Assembly (NCBI GenBank): GCA_943359595.1
Contig: CALRIA010000003.1
Location: forward strand, 3,179 to 67,178
Origin: Candidatus Magasanikiibacteriota bacterium
GTDB lineage: Bacteria > Patescibacteriota > Patescibacteriia > Magasanikbacterales > GWA2-37-8
Direction of reading: 5' to 3'
DNA length: 64,000 nt
Shown: piece by piece, positions 28,422 to 38,129 of the stretch
How the letters are laid out: every line of letters begins with the position of its first letter
How positions within the stretch are numbered: the first letter of the stretch is position 1
Position numbers and translations under genes: made by a program
The notes under the pieces: generated by a model
Told to the model about the DNA's origin: nothing
Databases searched by the model: none
The model's input: the letters and a program-made list of their open reading frames with translations, nothing else

Positions 28422-28528
28422 GATGAGAAGATTGTCGTTATTTTACAATAATTTTAAGCAATTTGCAAGAGTACGTATTGATAATCCTGCTCAAAAGTGC
28501 TAATATAGCTTAACTTAATCAAAAAAAT

Positions 28529-29575
28529 ATGGAAATGATCATTTTTTCAGTAATTATCGTTATTCTCACAATAATACTAATTGTTTTTTATAACAAACTA
28601 AAAGATCTTAGTGAACCAAAAGAAAATGGCGATCTGTTTGTAATGCTACAATCCCAAATCCAAGATCTGGGTAGACAATTTGAACAAAAAATAGGTGAGA
28701 CCCATAAAACCATGACAGACAATCAAACTTCTATGCATACGGCCATCCAAAGTCAATTTGGTCAAAGCGCAAAAATTATATCTGATGTTACTGAAAAGTT
28801 GACCAAACTAGATGAAACTAACAAACAAGTGATGAATTTTGCTGTTCAACTGCAAGGACTAGAGGATATTCTACAAAATCCAAAACAGCGCGGCATACTA
28901 GGAGAATATTATTTAGAAAATGTTTTGTTAAATGTTTTACCACCAGGCTCATTTCAGATGCAATACAAATTTAATGATGGTGATATTGTTGATGCCGTCG
29001 TGTTTGTAAAAGATAAAGTCATACCAATTGACTCCAAGTTTAGTTTGGAAAACTACAACCGAGCTGTTAGTGAAAAAGATCCCGCACGTAAAATAGAATT
29101 TGAAAATATTTTTAAAAATGACTTAAAAAATCGTATTAACGAAACTAGTAAGTATATAAAACCAAAAGAAGGAACAATGGATTTTGCTTTTATGTTTATT
29201 CCTTCCGAAGGAATTTATTATGATTTGCTTATCAATCAGGTCGGTTCTTTGAAAACCAACACTCACGATCTTATCGAATATGCTTTTAAAGAAAAACATG
29301 TGATTATTGTTTCACCAACTTCTTTTTTAGCTTATTTGCAAACCGTGCTACAGGGATTACGTGCATTACAAATAGAGGAATCAGCCAAAGAAATTCGACA
29401 ACGAGTCGAGGAATTGGGAAAACATTTATTAGCTTACGATGAATATCTAAAAAAATTGGGCAACAACCTTTCCACGACAGTAAATAGTTACAATGCGGCC
29501 AACAAAGAATTTGTTAAAATCGATAAAGACGTGGTGAAAATTGCCGGCGGTGAAAAAAAATCGAGTCACTCTTGA
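28529..29575 (+). CDS. rmuC: DNA recombination protein RmuC family
   Basis: N-terminal TM, long coiled-coil region, C-terminal RmuC nuclease-like domain ('DFAFMFIPSEGIYYDLL'). Confidence 0.65.
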   Translation: MEMIIFSVIIVILTIILIVFYNKLKDLSEPKENGDLFVMLQSQIQDLGRQFEQKIGETHKTMTDNQTSMHTAIQSQFGQSAKIISDVTEKLTKLDETNKQVMNFAVQLQGLEDILQNPKQRGILGEYYLENVLLNVLPPGSFQMQYKFNDGDIVDAVVFVKDKVIPIDSKFSLENYNRAVSEKDPARKIEFENIFKNDLKNRINETSKYIKPKEGTMDFAFMFIPSEGIYYDLLINQVGSLKTNTHDLIEYAFKEKHVIIVSPTSFLAYLQTVLQGLRALQIEESAKEIRQRVEELGKHLLAYDEYLKKLGNNLSTTVNSYNAANKEFVKIDKDVVKIAGGEKKSSHS

Positions 29576-29625
29576 TAGAGAAACCCGATTCAGAAGAATA
29601 AACTAAATACAAATTATCCTAAACT

Positions 29626-30375
29626 TTATCTTTCGCTTATTTCAATTGATTTGATTATTGTCGGAACAACCGGTTTGGAATTTTCCCCAAAACCACCGGA
29701 CTCAACTTTACTTTCCGCAATCTTATCTACTGTTTCCATTCCGCTAACTACATGACCAAAAATTGTGTAGTTTTTTGGTAGTGGATAATCGGCATGCATT
29801 ACAAAGAACTGACTGCCATTAGTATTTGGGCCAGAATTTGCCATCGCTACCGTACCACGTAAATACTCGCCATCAAATGTTTCATCAGCAAATTTATAAC
29901 CTGGGCCACCAGTTCCATTGCCTACTGGATCACCACCTTGGATCATAAAACCTTTTATTACACGATGAAAAATTGTTTTATCATAAAATCCTTTTTTGGC
30001 TAAAGTAACAAAATTTTCGACTGTTTTTGGTGTCTGATCCTTGTTGAAATTTATAGTAAAATCTCCAAGGCTAGTATGCAAAACCGCAGTATATTGTTTG
30101 TTGGCATCGAATTGAACCATAGAATTATTTTTATTTGAATTATTAATTATTTTTTTAATAGTGGCGGTGCTAACATCAGAATCATTCTTTACCTTTATTT
30201 TATCAATAGAAATTTCTGTGGCTACGTTTACTTTAATCGAATCATCAGTAGAAACTTTATCCTGTTCAACATTATTTAAATTTAATTTTTGATCTTCGGT
30301 CTTTACTGAACAGCCTGCCATAAATGGAAGCAATAGAACTAACAAAATTATTATCTGTTTATTTTTCATAGCCAT
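29626..30375 (-). CDS. ppiB: Cyclophilin-type peptidyl-prolyl cis-trans isomerase, lipoprotein
   Basis: Lipobox 'FMAGCS'. 'FHRVIKGFMIQGGDP...GPNTNGSQFFV...FGHVVSGMETVDKI' is a cyclophilin signature. Start trimmed to avoid overlapping the upstream gene. Confidence 0.85.
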   Translation of the reverse strand: MAMKNKQIIILLVLLLPFMAGCSVKTEDQKLNLNNVEQDKVSTDDSIKVNVATEISIDKIKVKNDSDVSTATIKKIINNSNKNNSMVQFDANKQYTAVLHTSLGDFTINFNKDQTPKTVENFVTLAKKGFYDKTIFHRVIKGFMIQGGDPVGNGTGGPGYKFADETFDGEYLRGTVAMANSGPNTNGSQFFVMHADYPLPKNYTIFGHVVSGMETVDKIAESKVESGGFGENSKPVVPTIIKSIEISER

Positions 30376-30386
30376 ATTTAATATTA

Positions 30387-30944
30387 TTAAAAAATATTTT
30401 TTAATTGCTTTCTTAATATCTGCCAATTGGGAACGGTTTGTGAAACTAATAACCAAAATTTTTTACCATGGTTCATCTCTTGCAAATGAGACAGCTCGTG
30501 CGCGACTACATAAGTAGCTAGATCATCTGATAGATAGATTAATTTATAATTAAAATTTAGATTACCACTTTTAGAACAGCTTCCCCAACGACTAGTAATG
30601 TTTTTGATTATCACCTTATTATACCTGAAATTGTAGGTATTATTCAACAGGAGCAATTTTTCACGCACTAAATGTAATGCACGACTTTTATTAAGCAAAA
30701 AATCTTTGCGTCCAACAGGAAAAATGCTTTTTGATTCTTTTTCTTTATAATGCGCAATTTTTTCTAAAATCCAATCAGCATGTTGCAATAAAAAATCTTT
30801 TATTTTAGATTCTGGGAAAAATACTGGGGTAGTGATACTGATTTTACCACCAAAAGATATTGCCAAGCGAATACGACGTGAATGACGCAAACGACGATGT
30901 TGATATTCCAATTCCCTGTCTTTTAATGTTATTATTTTCTTCAT
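30387..30944 (-). CDS. YgjP/DUF45-family metal-dependent hydrolase (SprT-like zinc peptidase fold)
   Basis: 'VVAHELSHLQEMNHGKKFW' HExxH-type motif characteristic of DUF45. 185 aa. Confidence 0.65.
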   Translation of the reverse strand: MKKIITLKDRELEYQHRRLRHSRRIRLAISFGGKISITTPVFFPESKIKDFLLQHADWILEKIAHYKEKESKSIFPVGRKDFLLNKSRALHLVREKLLLLNNTYNFRYNKVIIKNITSRWGSCSKSGNLNFNYKLIYLSDDLATYVVAHELSHLQEMNHGKKFWLLVSQTVPNWQILRKQLKNIF

Positions 30945-30948
30945 CTGT

Positions 30949-31869
30949 TTAAAAAACTAATAAAATTATACCAACCATAATAATTAAAAAGGCTAAAAAT
31001 TTAATCAGCAAGTCTTTTTTATCAACTGATTCTTCTATTAGATTTGGGAAAATTTTGGCAGTGATAATCGCTAAACAGAAGACAAAAAGTACCTGGAAAC
31101 CTTCAAACGCATAGACTAGTGCACCTGGTTTTAAAGATAATGCCCATTGGTTGAGAACTAACCCAATATTGCCAATAACCACAATGCCAAAAAATAATAT
31201 AAAAAAACTTATACTATTTGATCTAAGCGTTTGCCAAAAATCTTGTCTAATTTTTTTAAAAAAGAAAGAAACATTAATTGCGATGGCATCAAAAACAATC
31301 ACCCAGAAAAAAATGGTTGGAAAGGCAGTTGTTTTAGACAAATACCGTACTACTAAAGCATAGGCTGCGTATAATCCGCATGACAACAACATCAACCAAA
31401 AGGCGGGGGAAACTTTAAATGATAAATTATTTTTTTTAATAGAAGCGACAATAGCACCAGTTAATAAGAAAATCATAGCGATAAATTCGATCACAGAAAG
31501 TTTATCACCAATTATCACCCATCCTAAAATTAAACTAAAAATAGGAATAGTATTCCACAAAATATTAATACGGGTAACTTCCTCGATCTCCATCGCTTTT
31601 ATGTAAGGTATGCCAGCTAATGTATAAAATAAACTAGCCAATAATAGCCACCACATTGTGCCACTTGATGGTAAAATAATATATTTAGCATCAACAAAAG
31701 GTAACACAAAAATACTTAAAATCGATATCAAAATCAAAAAAACATACGGATTTTTAATTTTTGACCCGATTACTATTTTTGTATAAACATTTTCTATCGC
31801 CCAAGCAAAATGCGAAGCTAAAACTAATAGAATCCAAGACATAATTTCATTAAAATAAAAAACAATCAT
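30949..31869 (-). CDS. EamA/DMT-family transporter
   Basis: 306 aa with about 10 TM helices in two repeated halves. Confidence 0.6.
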   Translation of the reverse strand: MIVFYFNEIMSWILLVLASHFAWAIENVYTKIVIGSKIKNPYVFLILISILSIFVLPFVDAKYIILPSSGTMWWLLLASLFYTLAGIPYIKAMEIEEVTRINILWNTIPIFSLILGWVIIGDKLSVIEFIAMIFLLTGAIVASIKKNNLSFKVSPAFWLMLLSCGLYAAYALVVRYLSKTTAFPTIFFWVIVFDAIAINVSFFFKKIRQDFWQTLRSNSISFFILFFGIVVIGNIGLVLNQWALSLKPGALVYAFEGFQVLFVFCLAIITAKIFPNLIEESVDKKDLLIKFLAFLIIMVGIILLVF

Positions 31870-32742
31870 CTAAACACCAATTTTCCAAACATTTTTTTCT
31901 AAAAAAGCTTCAACAGTTTGTCGAGTGGCTTTATTGATAAGGTTGGAATGAGAAAGTTTATTATTTTTTGCATAATCAACTAATGTGATAATTTTTTTAC
32001 CTTCCAAGTACGCTAATCGTTTGTAATAACTATTGGTAACCGCCCTACCTACTATTTCTTCCATTATAGTGGTGGCACCTTTTTCATCAAACTCTTTAAA
32101 TGCTTCATAATATTTTTTTCTGTCAATGAATTTTATATTTATCGGCACAAATCCTTCTCGTATTAATAAATAATTATTTATGACACGCCCGATACGGCCA
32201 TTCCCATCGCAAAATGGATGGGTGTATTCAAAAATAAGATGTAATTTTGCAATTCTTTTAATAATATTTTCATAATTTGCAGCATTATATTCGGACAACA
32301 TTTTTTCCAAACGATCCACGATTTCTTTGGGGTTAGGCGCAATATGACTACCAACACGTACAAATTCATTATTATTTCTAAATCTCCCAGCAATCTCGTC
32401 ACGAATATTTGAAATTAACATTTTATGAAGCGACAAAATTACTTCGAGAGAAAGTTCCTGTTCTTTGGCTCTAGTATTTATATATGAGACAACTCGTGCC
32501 AAATTTTTGACTTCAAAAATTTCTCGTTCAGTAATATATCTATCCAAATCAATTTGCAAAAGTATTTTTTCGGTCTCTTCTAGCGTCAATGTGCTATTTT
32601 CTATAGCGTTTGAATTATACACTTGTTCAGCAACTTCTGTTTCGGCAATAAGCTGAAGCAACGCCTCTTTACCGGTAGACGTTTTATAGAACCTCTCACG
32701 AAGAGAATTCACCTTATTAAAAACATTGAGTATTTTAGCCAT
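31870..32742 (-). CDS. fic: Fic/Doc family protein (AMPylation domain)
   Basis: Canonical motif 'HPFCDGNGRIGR'. Confidence 0.88.
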   Translation of the reverse strand: MAKILNVFNKVNSLRERFYKTSTGKEALLQLIAETEVAEQVYNSNAIENSTLTLEETEKILLQIDLDRYITEREIFEVKNLARVVSYINTRAKEQELSLEVILSLHKMLISNIRDEIAGRFRNNNEFVRVGSHIAPNPKEIVDRLEKMLSEYNAANYENIIKRIAKLHLIFEYTHPFCDGNGRIGRVINNYLLIREGFVPINIKFIDRKKYYEAFKEFDEKGATTIMEEIVGRAVTNSYYKRLAYLEGKKIITLVDYAKNNKLSHSNLINKATRQTVEAFLEKNVWKIGV

Positions 32743-32762
32743 ATGTCAATATTATACACTAT

Positions 32763-32826
32763 TTTCACGGTTTTGTCAACATAAACGTGAAAATTCGTCT
32801 AATAATGGTAACTTTCACGGTTTTGG
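32763..32826. repeat. Repeated TTTCACGGTTTTG motif (two copies) plus inverted copy CGTGAAAAT, in the fic promoter region
   Basis: Read directly: 32763-32776, 32785-32793 (inverted) and 32811-32826. Confidence 0.6.
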
Positions 32827-32918
32827 ATTATTAAATACATCCAATTAGCAAGGTTAGAACCGAAGATTTATGGCTATGATTAGAACAAAAAGAAGCTCTA
32901 AATAAGCTTCATTTCTCT

Positions 32919-33007
32919 TGGCGGAGAGGGTGAGATTCGAACTCACGAGGCCTTGCAGCCTACCGCTTTTCGAGAGCGGCACCTTCAACCAACTCAGACA
33001 CCTCTCC
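32919..33007 (-). tRNA. tRNA-Ser (anticodon CGA), CCA encoded
   Basis: Reverse complement 'GGAGAGG...CCGCT CTCGAAA AGCGG...long variable arm...GAGTTCGAATCTCACCCTCTCCGCCA'. Confidence 0.8.
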
Positions 33008-33047
33008 AATGCAGATAAATAATACTAAAAAAGAATGGATTTGTCCA

Positions 33048-33719
33048 TTACCACTCTATTCCTCTTTTCCCATGTTTTCTTAAATATTCATTACATTTAG
33101 AAAAATGTTTACAGCCAAAAAAACCAGAGTAGGCTGACAATGGTGAAGGATGCGGTGCCTCCAAAATCAAATGTTTTTTACTATCAATCAACGTCTTTTT
33201 ACTTCTAGCATAACTCCCCCAAAGCATAAAAACGACGTGCTCTCGTTTATCGGAAATCGTTTTAACGACCATATCGGTAAGCTCTTCCCAACCCTTTTCT
33301 CGATGTGAAGCCGGATTATTGGCCACTACAGTTAGAATAGCGTTTAAAAGTAAGACACCTTGTTTGGCCCATGATATCAAATTCCCAGTTGTAAGATCTT
33401 TTCTTATCCCCAAATCATTTTGTATTTCTTTGTAAATATTTTGTAGTGACGGTGGCACCTTAACATTTTCCGGTACAGAAAAACTGAGACCATGTGCTTG
33501 ATTTTCACCATGATAAGGATCTTGGCCCAAAATTACCACCTGAACATTGGAAAAAGTGGTTAACCAAAAGGCTCTAAAAATATCCTGCGGTTTTGGGTAG
33601 ATAGATTTTTTAACATATTCTTCACGCACAAAATCAGCCAATTTCTGAAAACGTTCCGAAGAAAAATAATCCTGTAATATTTTCGCCCATTCTGGCTCAA
33701 TATCTACCTGTTTTGACAT
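33048..33719 (-). CDS. ung: Uracil-DNA glycosylase, family 1
   Basis: 'VVILGQDPYHGENQAHGLSFSV' and 'HPSPLSA' motifs. Confidence 0.9.
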   Translation of the reverse strand: MSKQVDIEPEWAKILQDYFSSERFQKLADFVREEYVKKSIYPKPQDIFRAFWLTTFSNVQVVILGQDPYHGENQAHGLSFSVPENVKVPPSLQNIYKEIQNDLGIRKDLTTGNLISWAKQGVLLLNAILTVVANNPASHREKGWEELTDMVVKTISDKREHVVFMLWGSYARSKKTLIDSKKHLILEAPHPSPLSAYSGFFGCKHFSKCNEYLRKHGKRGIEW

Positions 33720-33799
33720 AGTTGTAATAAAATTATTATTATATATTATTCTATCATGAATGATTGTTTAGACAAAATTACAAAGTGAGAAACAAAAAA

Positions 33800-33865
33800 A
33801 TATTTTAAACACAAAGACCCTCGCTCGGACATCCACTTTTTCAAGTGAACACCGAGACGAGGGTC
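33800..33865 (-). terminator. Long hairpin (gaccctcgctcgg / ccgagacgagggtc) followed by a T-rich run on the minus strand
   Basis: Roughly 13-bp stem with a 1-nt bulge. Downstream of the 33928..34350 ORF. Confidence 0.45.
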
Positions 33866-33927
33866 TAAGAAACCAAGGACCGGACATACGACACCGAAGT
33901 GCCGAGAATCCGAATGACCAAAGTTTC

Positions 33928-34350
33928 TTACTCGCAAGCGACGAGAACGCCGGCGAGTGGAAAAAGTCGATCGCGGAGAGCGCCCAGGTGGACGTACGGA
34001 CGACCACCCTGGATGAAAGCAAACGGCGCAAAGACGACATCTTCCGCGTCCACCACCCGAGCATTCTCGCTGATTGCAAGAACGCACCACCATTTTTTCA
34101 TCTCCTTGGGATGATTTTGAAGGACGTCGGCGAGATCGCCAACGTTCCCGAGAGTAAACCCAGCAGTCGTGAGACGCACGGCGGCTTGTTCGCCCGTCTC
34201 GTTACTGAGACACGGTTCCACCCGTAAATTCACACCAGTGCCATTGACCCAGTTGCACTTCTCGAAGAGCGACTGGAGGTTCTCACTAGAATCGGCGGCG
34301 CCACATTTGCCTTTTATTGCCAGGTTGAACTGGCCGGTTGTATTTTTCAT
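33928..34350 (-). CDS. Hypothetical protein encoded in a GC-rich islet (140 aa from the ATG; 143 aa from the GTG)
   Basis: AGGAG-N8-ATG ribosome-binding site, balanced amino-acid composition with several Cys, hairpin terminator downstream. GC is far above the flanking DNA. No recognisable family. Confidence 0.45.
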   Translation of the reverse strand: MKNTTGQFNLAIKGKCGAADSSENLQSLFEKCNWVNGTGVNLRVEPCLSNETGEQAAVRLTTAGFTLGNVGDLADVLQNHPKEMKKWWCVLAISENARVVDAEDVVFAPFAFIQGGRPYVHLGALRDRLFPLAGVLVACE

Positions 34351-34758
34351 CGTATACACTCCTGCTCACAGGTAATCCACCCCAACGAAAGACACTACCA
34401 GTGTCTAACCCCAAAATGGTACGCCTATAAGCACAACAGACTAGAAACAATTTCCAGCCTTCTTTCTATCTTATTTAGCTTAAATAAGGCAAAAAGAAAA
34501 CTAGTAATAATATTAAAGAATGGATTATTTGGCTAGAATAACAAGTGAGTATAGCATAAAATGATGATTTTGTCAATAATATGTCCTGTAAAGATGTTCT
34601 AACTGCATATTTATGGCTATGCTTAAAGAAAAAGCGACGCACTTGCGTCGCTCAATCTGTCTTGGCGGTGTGTGATTGACGTTATCAGAACTAATGTTAC
34701 AACCTCTCCATGACAACTTAAAATTCCTCATCTGCGCGCTTTAGGTAATTCGCTGTAA

Positions 34759-35517
34759 TTATGATACCAGCTTTTGCATTTTTAGAACACCGTTTACATC
34801 AATAATCTGTATATTTTTATCTTTTATGAAATCCCTAACGCCTTGACTAACTCCGCCTAGACTAATAATAATTCCTTGCGTTACCCCAGCGGATTGCATT
34901 GCTCCATACAGATCTCTAGCGACATGAGGCCCAACTTGTTTTTTATGCGCCTTGCATTGTACAAATATTTTGAAATCATTATCAGCTGTAAGTATTAAAT
35001 CAATACCGCCGTCCCCAGTGCTTTTTGTCTTAATGACCGATGAAAAATGTCCAGATTTTTGAAACAATTTTGAAACAGCTTCCTCAAATTCAAAACCTCC
35101 TAATGAGAACCAATATCCCGCTTCAGCCTTTTTTGCTTCTAAAAGTTTTTCTTTCTTCGCATCTTCCAAGACTTCCTCGTAAGTGTTTAAAGCTTTTAAA
35201 TATTTTGAATAACGCATGCCAAGTGGGTCCATTTTCTTATTAGGAAAAACTAAACTTCCAACAAGTAGCCCAATTATTGGTAAATTTAAATCAAGCCTTT
35301 TCCTTCGATTTTCAAGTTGTTCATTAAGGACTGCGGTCTTCTGATTCTTTTCATACGCTATTTGGGCCATTTTTAACTGTTCAGGATCATATAGCTGAAA
35401 ATTCTCAGCAATAGGCTGTTTTAAGTCTTGCCCTAGTATGGTTCTCTGGTCCATCTTTCGTAATTCTTGTATGAAATCCGAAAAAACATCGTCTTTTAGT
35501 TTATCGCCATTATTCAT
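34759..35517 (-). CDS. Mrr_cat (restriction endonuclease-like) domain protein with N-terminal coiled coil
   Basis: 'STGDGGIDLIL...IFVQCKAHKKQVGPHVARDLYGAM' matches the PD-(D/E)xK Mrr catalytic-domain pattern. Confidence 0.6.
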   Translation of the reverse strand: MNNGDKLKDDVFSDFIQELRKMDQRTILGQDLKQPIAENFQLYDPEQLKMAQIAYEKNQKTAVLNEQLENRRKRLDLNLPIIGLLVGSLVFPNKKMDPLGMRYSKYLKALNTYEEVLEDAKKEKLLEAKKAEAGYWFSLGGFEFEEAVSKLFQKSGHFSSVIKTKSTGDGGIDLILTADNDFKIFVQCKAHKKQVGPHVARDLYGAMQSAGVTQGIIISLGGVSQGVRDFIKDKNIQIIDVNGVLKMQKLVS

Positions 35518-35623
35518 ATTGACTAAAATTTGTTAATAGAAATTATGATCGGGGTTATAACGCTCCCCCTACAATATTAATTTCCATGGTTTTGTATGTG
35601 GTACGACAAGTCTAATCACGTCA

Positions 35624-36250
35624 TTATAAAATCTCAAATTCTAAATTAGACAATCCTAAGCCTTCCAATAATATCTGGTTTATTTTAAATGTCGCTTGAT
35701 TCGCTTTTATTGGGTCATCCGCTAGATCAACAAGCTTTATATTAATACGCCTACTAACCTCAAAAAGTATGTTTTGTAGGTTATTTATTTTATCTGGAGG
35801 ATAGTCGTTTTCTATAGAGGCTTCAATATCAGTTAAACTTTTTGAAAAATCTTCTGCTATTTTATGAATCACTGCTCGCCGATATTTATTAAAATTGTTC
35901 AAAGGTAGGAATATAGTATCACCTTTAATATATTTTTCTAGAATCTTTATCAATGCACCTAGAGGAATATCTGTTTTAATGTTTTTTTCTGTGGTGTTAT
36001 GGACTTTGGCTCTAAGCTTTTCTGCGCTGTCTATAACTCCCTTTAGGGTCTGCTCCATTCTTTGTGATTGAATTAAGAAATAGCCAAGATTGTATCCTTT
36101 TCTAAAATACTCATCATATCGACGTGTTAGTTCATTGCTTCGAATCAAAGTGTTCAATAACTGTATGAGAACAATCTTGTATTCGTAGGCGATGCTTTTA
36201 TCGGCTTCAGTCTGTTGCAACAACGCACGAAGCCCTTCTAGTCTATTCAC
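35624..36250 (-). CDS. Hypothetical protein (208 aa), member of the defence-like gene block
   Basis: ORF with no recognisable motifs. Co-directional within the block. Confidence 0.5.
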   Translation of the reverse strand: MNRLEGLRALLQQTEADKSIAYEYKIVLIQLLNTLIRSNELTRRYDEYFRKGYNLGYFLIQSQRMEQTLKGVIDSAEKLRAKVHNTTEKNIKTDIPLGALIKILEKYIKGDTIFLPLNNFNKYRRAVIHKIAEDFSKSLTDIEASIENDYPPDKINNLQNILFEVSRRINIKLVDLADDPIKANQATFKINQILLEGLGLSNLEFEIL

Positions 36251-36355
36251 AGGTTTTTATATTAAAAAGGGCTTCTAAATTTAGAATTATAGAGTCCTGC
36301 CGATATTGTATATTCAATACGGTGTGTCGTCAACGGCATTCGAACTGGGGTATAG

Positions 36356-37582
36356 CTAAGATTGACTATCCATGGTACGAATTTCTTTTTCAAATAATTT
36401 CCGAATTAAATCCCAATCTATTCTATTAACCCTAGCTCCCGACGGATGAATCACTGCAAATAGTTTATACTTGCCGAATTCTGCCCTTACTGCCATCCGT
36501 CCACCATTAGATTTCCGCGTATATAAAACAGCTTCATTTTGTACAGAACCAAAAATATCTTTTAATCGATCATACGTCTCAATACCCAGAACCAAAATTC
36601 TTTGCGGTCGAAGTGTCTCGATCATTTCTTTTACTTTAGAAAAGCTAAATTCTTCCATCTTAATCCTCGTCTGCTGAGGTATATTTTGTCTCCAAATACT
36701 AATTGTAGGCGCACGGAAAAATATTAAAGGGAATACCACACTGCTCTTAAGAAGATCCAACCCTCCATCAAAATCAAAGAAACTTCTTACCCTTCGTGCC
36801 ATTGGATAGACACCTAGTAGATATTCGTTGGAATTTGGTAATTGAAAATTACTTTCTTCAAAGGCGGCTCTATTCTCTTGCGCAAAATCTTCTTCAGTAC
36901 CGCCCGGCTGATAGCTAATAATCATTAACGGAGGATCAACAACGACTGGTGAATAAAACACTTTAATGCCGTGCCTCCAAAAAGAATATTTATTTTTGTA
37001 TTCCGAATAGACATCTTTTGTTATATTTTCTGCCCATGTTTTTACGTTCATCATTTTCGGAAATTCAATGGGTAATTTACTAAGTTTATCACAAAAAATT
37101 TTTCCAAAACTGCCTTCGCAAATATCCTTATCATTTAACATCGTTTCCTTTACTTTCATCCAGTTTGCGCCAAAAAAATTCTGTTTCTCGAAAAACTCTT
37201 TGAAATCTTGCGCAAAAAATTCAGAAAATTTTTCAAAAGTAGTAAGTCCTCCCGCACGTTGTGCGATATCCCACGGCCTAGCGTTTATATTAGTAATGCC
37301 ATATTCAATTTTAGGATATAAGGTAATTGATTGAAAGTTTTTATATTCACTTTTGAAATAGGTGTACATTACTTGATCGATAAGAACAGTAAAGGCGAGG
37401 CAATACAAAAATCGCATATTATGCCAAGGATCGGTTTTGACATGAGACATAGTATTTTCATTCAAATCTTGAATTGGAATATAAACACCCTCGCCAGGAT
37501 GTTGATAAGTCATTTTTGATTTTGCCATAAATTCGGCAAAATCGTTGCGAAAATTTTTATAGTAGTAATCTTTGGGTTCCAT
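36356..37582 (-). CDS. Hypothetical 408-aa protein. The C-terminal half has uracil-DNA-glycosylase-superfamily-like motifs.
   Basis: 'ISYQPGGTEEDF' resembles the UDG family 4/5 motif A (G-E-x-P-G-x-x-E-D). 'VIHPSGARVNR' resembles motif B (HPS...). The two are about 155 aa apart. The gene starts 5 nt after the RloB-like gene. Confidence 0.55.
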   Translation of the reverse strand: MEPKDYYYKNFRNDFAEFMAKSKMTYQHPGEGVYIPIQDLNENTMSHVKTDPWHNMRFLYCLAFTVLIDQVMYTYFKSEYKNFQSITLYPKIEYGITNINARPWDIAQRAGGLTTFEKFSEFFAQDFKEFFEKQNFFGANWMKVKETMLNDKDICEGSFGKIFCDKLSKLPIEFPKMMNVKTWAENITKDVYSEYKNKYSFWRHGIKVFYSPVVVDPPLMIISYQPGGTEEDFAQENRAAFEESNFQLPNSNEYLLGVYPMARRVRSFFDFDGGLDLLKSSVVFPLIFFRAPTISIWRQNIPQQTRIKMEEFSFSKVKEMIETLRPQRILVLGIETYDRLKDIFGSVQNEAVLYTRKSNGGRMAVRAEFGKYKLFAVIHPSGARVNRIDWDLIRKLFEKEIRTMDSQS

Positions 37583-37586
37583 ATTA

Positions 37587-38129
37587 TTATTTTCCTTCCA
37601 TTATTGTTACTAATCTACCAAGCACATTGATAGTGCCTCTTTTCTTTTCTAATTTTTCCTTTGGAAACAATTCTTTATATCTATTAACATCTCCCCGTCT
37701 TTGTTTAGCAATATATTTTGATTCAAATTCACTTTTACAAAATGCCGAATTGCTTTGAGTATTTGCGCCTAAAATATTTAACAACAGAAATTCTAAGCAT
37801 GGTGTATTTTCAATCATCTCAATACCTCTATTCTTAGCTTCTTGTCTAGCTTTTTTCATTTCTTCTGCGGATTTATCATTATCCAGAACAACAATTTTTC
37901 TATCAAAAGCACCTGGTATTTTAGACGCATCAACTACTATACTCTTAGCATCTCCACCTTTGCCTTTTCTAATAGTGATGGCAACATTACAATCACAAGC
38001 ATAAATACTCTTTAAATATTTTAAGAACATCTCTTCTCCGAGACCCTCCCCAAAAATTAAAAGTGTTTTACTGGCATGGCGTCTCTTTATTTTAAATGGA
38101 TTAGTGCGGGACATAAAATTTTGGCACAT
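37587..38129 (-). CDS. RloB-like / Toprim-like protein (AbiLii-like)
   Basis: N-terminal 'TLLIFGEGLGEEMFLKYL' and 'VVLDNDK' (DxD) are typical of RloB/OLD-Toprim. Overlaps the upstream ATPase gene by 1 nt. Confidence 0.55.
   Translation of the reverse strand: MCQNFMSRTNPFKIKRRHASKTLLIFGEGLGEEMFLKYLKSIYACDCNVAITIRKGKGGDAKSIVVDASKIPGAFDRKIVVLDNDKSAEEMKKARQEAKNRGIEMIENTPCLEFLLLNILGANTQSNSAFCKSEFESKYIAKQRRGDVNRYKELFPKEKLEKKRGTINVLGRLVTIMEGK

Noticed and set aside
33746-34375. Overlapping ORFs on both strands in GC islet 2 (33746..34093-, 33768..34079-, 33899..34114+, 33988..34227+, 34169..34375+).
   Set aside because: They are Arg/Ser/Pro-rich, mutually overlapping and typical of GC-rich non-coding frames. 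Only the 33928..34350 minus ORF has a ribosome-binding site and a balanced composition.
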